Assembly: GCA_902577425.1 (NCBI GenBank)
Contig: CACGZD010000006.1
Coordinates: 10,722 to 74,721 of the forward strand
DNA: 64,000 bases
Direction of reading: 5' to 3'
From: an uncultured Alphaproteobacteria bacterium
Lineage (GTDB): Bacteria; Pseudomonadota; Alphaproteobacteria; HIMB59; GCA-002718135
In this document: positions 59,654-64,000 of the stretch, piece by piece
Layout of the letters: each line of letters begins with the position of its first letter
How positions within the stretch are numbered: position 1 is the first letter of the stretch
The notes under the pieces: generated by a model
The model's input: only the letters and a program-made list of their open reading frames with translations
Told to the model about the DNA's origin: nothing
Database searches by the model: none
Made by a program: the position numbers and the translations under genes

Positions 59654-59820
59654 AAAAAAATAAAAAAACTAAGCCCAAGAAACACTATAAAATAGCCAAA
59701 TGTCCAATTTGTAGAAATAAATCTATAATTGAATTTTCTCCCTTTTGTTCAAAAAAATGTAGTGATGTGGATTTAATGAAATGGCTTTCTGATGAAAATT
59801 ATATAAATTTAAATGAATAA
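59644..59820 (+). CDS. yacG: DNA gyrase inhibitor YacG
   Basis: Below the ORF-track cutoff. Manual translation ...[35 protein letters not shown] (CxxC...PFCS..C...DL..W). Confidence 0.9.
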   Translation: MEVKKNKKTKPKKHYKIAKCPICRNKSIIEFSPFCSKKCSDVDLMKWLSDENYINLNE

Positions 59821-59884
59821 ATAATCTTAAATTATAAAAATATAATTGAATAAGTTAAAAAAACAATTTATCACGAGTTTTTTT

Positions 59885-59960
59885 GCCCAGATAGCTCAGT
59901 TGGTAGAGCAAAGGACTGAAAATCCTTGTGTCCGTGGTTCAATTCCACGTCTGGGCACCA
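59885..59960 (+). tRNA. tRNA-Phe (GAA)
   Basis: Acceptor GCCCAGA/TCTGGGC, D arm AGCTCAGTTGGTAGAGC, anticodon arm AAGGA-CTGAAAA-TCCTT, T loop TTCAATT, CCA. Confidence 0.97.
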
Positions 59961-60004
59961 TCTTTTTTTTGCATGAGGGTAAATTCTTATTGTAATAGTA
60001 TGAT

Positions 60005-60979
60005 ATGGAAAAAAAAATATTAGTATTTTCTAACGGTGAGAAAATAGGTGATGGAATTATAAAATTACCTCTTTTATATGAAATAAAAAAAAGACTACCT
60101 CAACATAAATTAGTGTGGGTTACTAATAAAGGATCAACAACCTATAATGATAAATTAAAATTTATAGCTAAGCAATATATAGATGAAATAATTGAGAAAG
60201 CAGATCTAAGCCCTTTTTTTTGGATGAAGGTATCTAAAAATTATGATTTTGAAAATACTTTTTATGAATATATCTTAGATACTCAAAAATCTTTATATAG
60301 AACGATTGCCTTAAAAAGAATTAAAAATAAAGAATTTATTTCTGCAACAGCCAATGGTCTTTTTTCATCTATTAAATTTATAAAAAAAAATAAAAGAAGA
60401 TATTATTTAGATGATTTATTTGCTCTTTTAGATTTAATCAAAAAATCCAAAATAGAAGACAATTTTAAAATTAAAATACCCAAAGATCTTAATTTGAATT
60501 TAAATAAATTTTTTAAGAAAGATCAAAAATATTTTGGAATTGCTCCTGGGGCAGGAGAAAAAAATAAAATTTGGCCTTTAGAAAATTTTATTAAGGTTGG
60601 AAAATATTTCTTAAATAAAGATTATAAAATTGTTTTATTTTTAGGACCTGAAGAAAAGCATTTAAGAGAAAATATTCTTAATCAATTTCCAGAAGCAATT
60701 ATTCCTGAAGAATTAATTTCAAATTTTTCTAATATCGAAACTGTTATAGCTTCTACCAAATATCTTAAATTTGCATTATGTAATGATAGTGGCATTAGCC
60801 ATATGCTTTCAACTAGTTATTGCCCTCTAATTAAATTATTTGGCCCAAAAGAATCTTTAAAATTTACTCCTAATAATAAAATGATACATACAATATCTGC
60901 CTCTAAATTTAACAACAACAAAATAGATTCTATTCCAAGCAAATATGTTATTGATACTATTGATAAAGTAATTCAATAA
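60005..60979 (+). CDS. Glycosyltransferase family 9 (heptosyltransferase-like)
   Basis: IGD, PGAG..NK.WP, NDSGISH, LFGP. Confidence 0.88.
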   Translation: MEKKILVFSNGEKIGDGIIKLPLLYEIKKRLPQHKLVWVTNKGSTTYNDKLKFIAKQYIDEIIEKADLSPFFWMKVSKNYDFENTFYEYILDTQKSLYRTIALKRIKNKEFISATANGLFSSIKFIKKNKRRYYLDDLFALLDLIKKSKIEDNFKIKIPKDLNLNLNKFFKKDQKYFGIAPGAGEKNKIWPLENFIKVGKYFLNKDYKIVLFLGPEEKHLRENILNQFPEAIIPEELISNFSNIETVIASTKYLKFALCNDSGISHMLSTSYCPLIKLFGPKESLKFTPNNKMIHTISASKFNNNKIDSIPSKYVIDTIDKVIQ

Positions 60980-61024
60980 GATCAGATTAAATTGGACAAC
61001 ATAAATTTCGATCTTTAAACATGA

Positions 61025-61738
61025 TTGAATAATATGTTTAAATTTGAAAAACTAGTATTTGGTGATTTAGGTTGGGGAGATGAGTTTCTATTAGCAATGC
61101 TCATGACAATAGTGGTTAGTATTTTGTCTATGGGACTTGGAATTTTTATAGCAATTTTTGCAGCTTGGGCAAAATTAACTTCTTCAAAAATATTAAAATT
61201 TATTTCAAGTTTTTATACTACTGTGATTAGAGGCATTCCAGAATTATTAGTGATATATTTAATATTTTTTGGAGGAAGTGCTTTAGTCATGAAAATAGCT
61301 AAGGTATTTGGATATAATGGTTATATAGAGTTAAATGCACTTACAATTAGCGTAATAGCTATTGGAATTATCTCTGCAACATATTCAAGTGAAGTTTTAA
61401 GAGCAGCATATTTGTCAATTCCCAAAGGTCAAGCTGAAGCTGCTAAATCTCTTGGTCTATCTAGATGGCAAATTTTTTTAAAAATATTAACTCCACAAAT
61501 ATTAAGACACGCTATACCTGGTCTGGGAAATGTATGGCAGGTAACTTTAAAAGATACATCTTTAATTTCAGTAACTGGATTGGTAGAAATAATGAGACAA
61601 ACACGAATAGCATCAAATGTGGAACATTCCCCTTTAACTTTTTTAATAACAGCGGCTTTCCTTTACCTGTTTCTAACAACCTTTTCTTCTAAATTTTTTA
61701 ATTTTTTAGAAAGAAAAACAAAAAAAGGTTATGCATAA
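61025..61738 (+). CDS. Polar amino-acid ABC permease (HisQ-like)
   Basis: RGIPEL, GQAEAAKSLG, PGLGN, KDTSL. Confidence 0.9.
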   Translation: MNNMFKFEKLVFGDLGWGDEFLLAMLMTIVVSILSMGLGIFIAIFAAWAKLTSSKILKFISSFYTTVIRGIPELLVIYLIFFGGSALVMKIAKVFGYNGYIELNALTISVIAIGIISATYSSEVLRAAYLSIPKGQAEAAKSLGLSRWQIFLKILTPQILRHAIPGLGNVWQVTLKDTSLISVTGLVEIMRQTRIASNVEHSPLTFLITAAFLYLFLTTFSSKFFNFLERKTKKGYA

Positions 61739-62452
61739 ATGCTCTTTAATATCATATCATATATAACTGAAACTTTAATTTATAAAAATTTTATATTAGT
61801 TTTTAGTGCATTAGATGAAACTTTGTTATTACTTTTGATTTCTTTGCCATTAGGTTTTGTTCTTTCATTAATTTTTGCTTTAGGGAGAATATCTAAATAT
61901 ACTATAATTTCAAGGGCAGTAGCCAGTTACATCTTTACAATTAGAGGAACTCCATTGCTTGTACAAATTTATTTAATTTATTTTGGTTTAGGATCTATAA
62001 AAGCAGTAAGAGAAAGTATTTTTTGGGTATTACTTAAAGAGCCTTTTTGGTGTGGTGTTTTAGCATTAACTATTAATACTGTTGCATACGGTGCCGAAAT
62101 ATTTAGGGGAGGAATACAATCAGTAACAAAAGGACAAATAGAGTCTGGACAAGCCTTAGGTTTTTCAACAATAAAATTATATAGGCGAATAGTCTTCCCA
62201 ATTGCTTTAAGACAAGTTCTTCCTACTTATGGCAATGAATTAATTCTTATGGTTAAAGCAACTTCATTAGTAAGTTTAACAACTTATATGGAGATGACTG
62301 GTATTGCTAGAAAAATTATGGCCAAAACATTTGCCCCAGTTGAAGCTTTTGTAGCTGCAGGTATACTTTATTTATTTTTAAATTTTTTAATGGTTCAATT
62401 AGTGCAATACCTAGAATGGAAATACAATCCTCATCTCAGATTAAATAATTAA
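61739..62452 (+). CDS. Polar amino-acid ABC permease (HisM-like)
   Basis: RGTPLLVQ, AEIFRG, NE.ILMVKATSL. Confidence 0.9.
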   Translation: MLFNIISYITETLIYKNFILVFSALDETLLLLLISLPLGFVLSLIFALGRISKYTIISRAVASYIFTIRGTPLLVQIYLIYFGLGSIKAVRESIFWVLLKEPFWCGVLALTINTVAYGAEIFRGGIQSVTKGQIESGQALGFSTIKLYRRIVFPIALRQVLPTYGNELILMVKATSLVSLTTYMEMTGIARKIMAKTFAPVEAFVAAGILYLFLNFLMVQLVQYLEWKYNPHLRLNN

Positions 62453-62462
62453 TTTAAACAAA

Positions 62463-63356
62463 TTAAATTATATACCCAATAGCATCAATTACACTTTTCA
62501 AATATGAGTATCCTTTTTGAGCATATATATATGGGTTTGCTTTATCTGGGTCTTGTTCAGCTTCAATTACTAGCCATTTATTATATTTATTTTCATATAA
62601 GATTTTAAGCAAAGGCAAGTAATCTATACATCCATCGCCAGGAACAGTAAAAACACCTTTTAAAAAAGAGTCTCTAAAACTTAAGTTATTTGACAAGGAA
62701 ATTTCTAAAATATCTTTTCTAATATCCTTACAATGTACATGATTAATGCGCGAGATATATTTTTTTAAAATATTTTCATAATTTGCTTCTGCAAATAGTA
62801 AGTGACCAGTATCATAAAGAAGAAAAGTTTTGTCATTAGTTTCGTTGATAAATTTGTCTACATCTGTTTCAGTTTGAATAATTGTACCCATATGTTCGTG
62901 ATAAGACATTGGTAAACCTATATCAAATAACCTATTAGAAATTTCAGATATTTTTTTTCCATAAGGTGTCCACTCATTATCTTCTAATTTTGGTCTAGAC
63001 TTTAAAGGCATATCCCCAAAACTTTGAATAGAGTCAGATACATCAGCAAAAACAAAAACATCAGATTTAACAAATTTAAGAAGATCTATATGATCTTTCA
63101 TAGCAGACCATTCTTCTTCTACAGATCTTTTTCTTAGTAATGAGCCATACCATCCACCAGGCATTTTTAATCGATATTTATTTAATAAAAACTTTATTAT
63201 GCCAGGATTACGAGGAAATTTTCCACCAAGTTCAATTCCACTAAATCCAGATTTAGAGGCTTCTTCTAGGCAAGTTTCTATTGGGGTATCTCCTCCAAGT
63301 TCTGGCATATCATCATTACTCCAGGCTATTGGTGCTATTCCTAAATTAATTTTCAT
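62463..63356 (-). CDS. iolE: Myo-inosose-2 dehydratase
   Basis: GIAPIAWSNDDMPELGG, HEHMGT, YDTGH, HVHCKDIR, FTVPGDG, EAEQDP. Confidence 0.93.
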   Translation of the reverse strand: MKINLGIAPIAWSNDDMPELGGDTPIETCLEEASKSGFSGIELGGKFPRNPGIIKFLLNKYRLKMPGGWYGSLLRKRSVEEEWSAMKDHIDLLKFVKSDVFVFADVSDSIQSFGDMPLKSRPKLEDNEWTPYGKKISEISNRLFDIGLPMSYHEHMGTIIQTETDVDKFINETNDKTFLLYDTGHLLFAEANYENILKKYISRINHVHCKDIRKDILEISLSNNLSFRDSFLKGVFTVPGDGCIDYLPLLKILYENKYNKWLVIEAEQDPDKANPYIYAQKGYSYLKSVIDAIGYII

Positions 63357-63424
63357 AATCTTTTATATTATTATAATTATTTATATATTTCATTATTTAA
63401 AAGTATAATTTAAATAAATAAATA

Positions 63425-64000
63425 ATGAAAGTTTTAATAGTTGATGGAAATGAAAAATCTGCATCTGATCTATATACTGAGCTTGGTATGCTTACTCAAT
63501 ATGAAGTATATAAAAAAGTTTTAGAGAATATTTCGGATATAGAATTAGATATTGTAGTTATTCATCCTGCAAATCTTAACGATTTTTTACCTAAAGGAAT
63601 AAATTTGGATGATTTTGATGGCATAGTTTGGACAGGTAGTGTTCTAAATATATATGATTATGGCCCATCTATAGAACGTCAAATCGATTTAGCAAAAAAT
63701 CTTTTTACTAAAGAAAACAAAATATTTGGTAGTTGTTGGGGCTTGCAAGTATTAGCAACTGCTGCTGGAGGAACTGTAAGGAAGAATCCTAAAGGATTAG
63801 AAGCAGTGATTGCTAAAAACATAACTATAAATGAAAAAGGAAATAATCATCCAATGTATAAAGGAAAACCAAAAGTTTTTGATTCTTTTTGTTGGCATTA
63901 CGATGAAATAGAAAAGTTGCCTAATGAAACAATAGTATTGTCTTCTAATGATCAGAGTAAGGTGCAATCTATTTCTTTTTCAAAAAATCAATCTAAAGTA
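63425..64000 (+). CDS. Class I glutamine amidotransferase-like protein, truncated by the window edge
   Basis: Not in the ORF track. Manual translation MKVLIVDGNE...DGIVWTGS...FGSCWGLQV...GG...HYDEI with the nucleophile motif GSCWG. Confidence 0.88.
   Translation, partial: MKVLIVDGNEKSASDLYTELGMLTQYEVYKKVLENISDIELDIVVIHPANLNDFLPKGINLDDFDGIVWTGSVLNIYDYGPSIERQIDLAKNLFTKENKIFGSCWGLQVLATAAGGTVRKNPKGLEAVIAKNITINEKGNNHPMYKGKPKVFDSFCWHYDEIEKLPNETIVLSSNDQSKVQSISFSKNQSKV

Noticed and set aside
59961-62452. Genomic island at tRNA-Phe
   Set aside because: No duplicated tRNA-Phe 3' end was seen within the window, and the downstream genes look like ordinary chromosomal genes.
805-63408. Short shadow ORFs in the track (e.g. 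805, 2441, 4402, 9348, 13243, 15059, 15647, 18720, 22147, 24352, 25441, 27446, 28840, 30798, 32567, 33056, 33595, 35667, 37006, 37239, 42477, 43399, 45927, 51005, 56528, 57428, 61465, 63199)
   Set aside because: They lie antisense or out of frame over well-supported genes and have no motifs of their own.
1-64000. CRISPR array, transposase, integrase, prophage or defence system
   Set aside because: No regularly spaced repeats or recognisable mobile/defence proteins were seen by eye. The only long exact repeat noticed is the tRNA-Thr duplication.

Overview
A 64 kb, very AT-rich, gene-dense window from a streamlined marine alphaproteobacterium (SAR11/HIMB59-like by gene content; this is inference). 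It is mostly catabolic and housekeeping genes: an amine/betaine-type block (Rieske oxygenase, ureohydrolase, TauD/BBOX dioxygenase, ALDH); an amino-sugar cluster (GHMP kinase, GH20, ABC transporter, glmS, SIS, nagA, NagB-II); an agl-type alpha-glycoside ABC operon with a GH4 hydrolase and a LacI regulator; ugd-pgm; a two-photolyase cluster; a BacNav-like channel; acdS; mntR with a putative Mn transporter; murA-hisG-hisD-infA-yacG; tRNA-Thr(GGT) and tRNA-Phe(GAA). I saw no CRISPR array, integrase, transposase or prophage. The three most interesting signals are non-coding. (1) A ~74-nt hairpin at 25024-25097 exposes an anti-Shine-Dalgarno/anti-start-codon segment and sits next to a second copy of the agl LacI operator; it is a candidate sugar-induced sRNA, with a plausible target at the GlcNAc binding-protein RBS. 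(2) A 617-bp, single-gene, integrase-free cassette is bracketed by a 39-bp duplication of the tRNA-Thr 3' end. (3) A GC-rich structured leader encloses the RBS of a luciferase-like monooxygenase. All product calls come from motif recognition by eye; no database searches were run.
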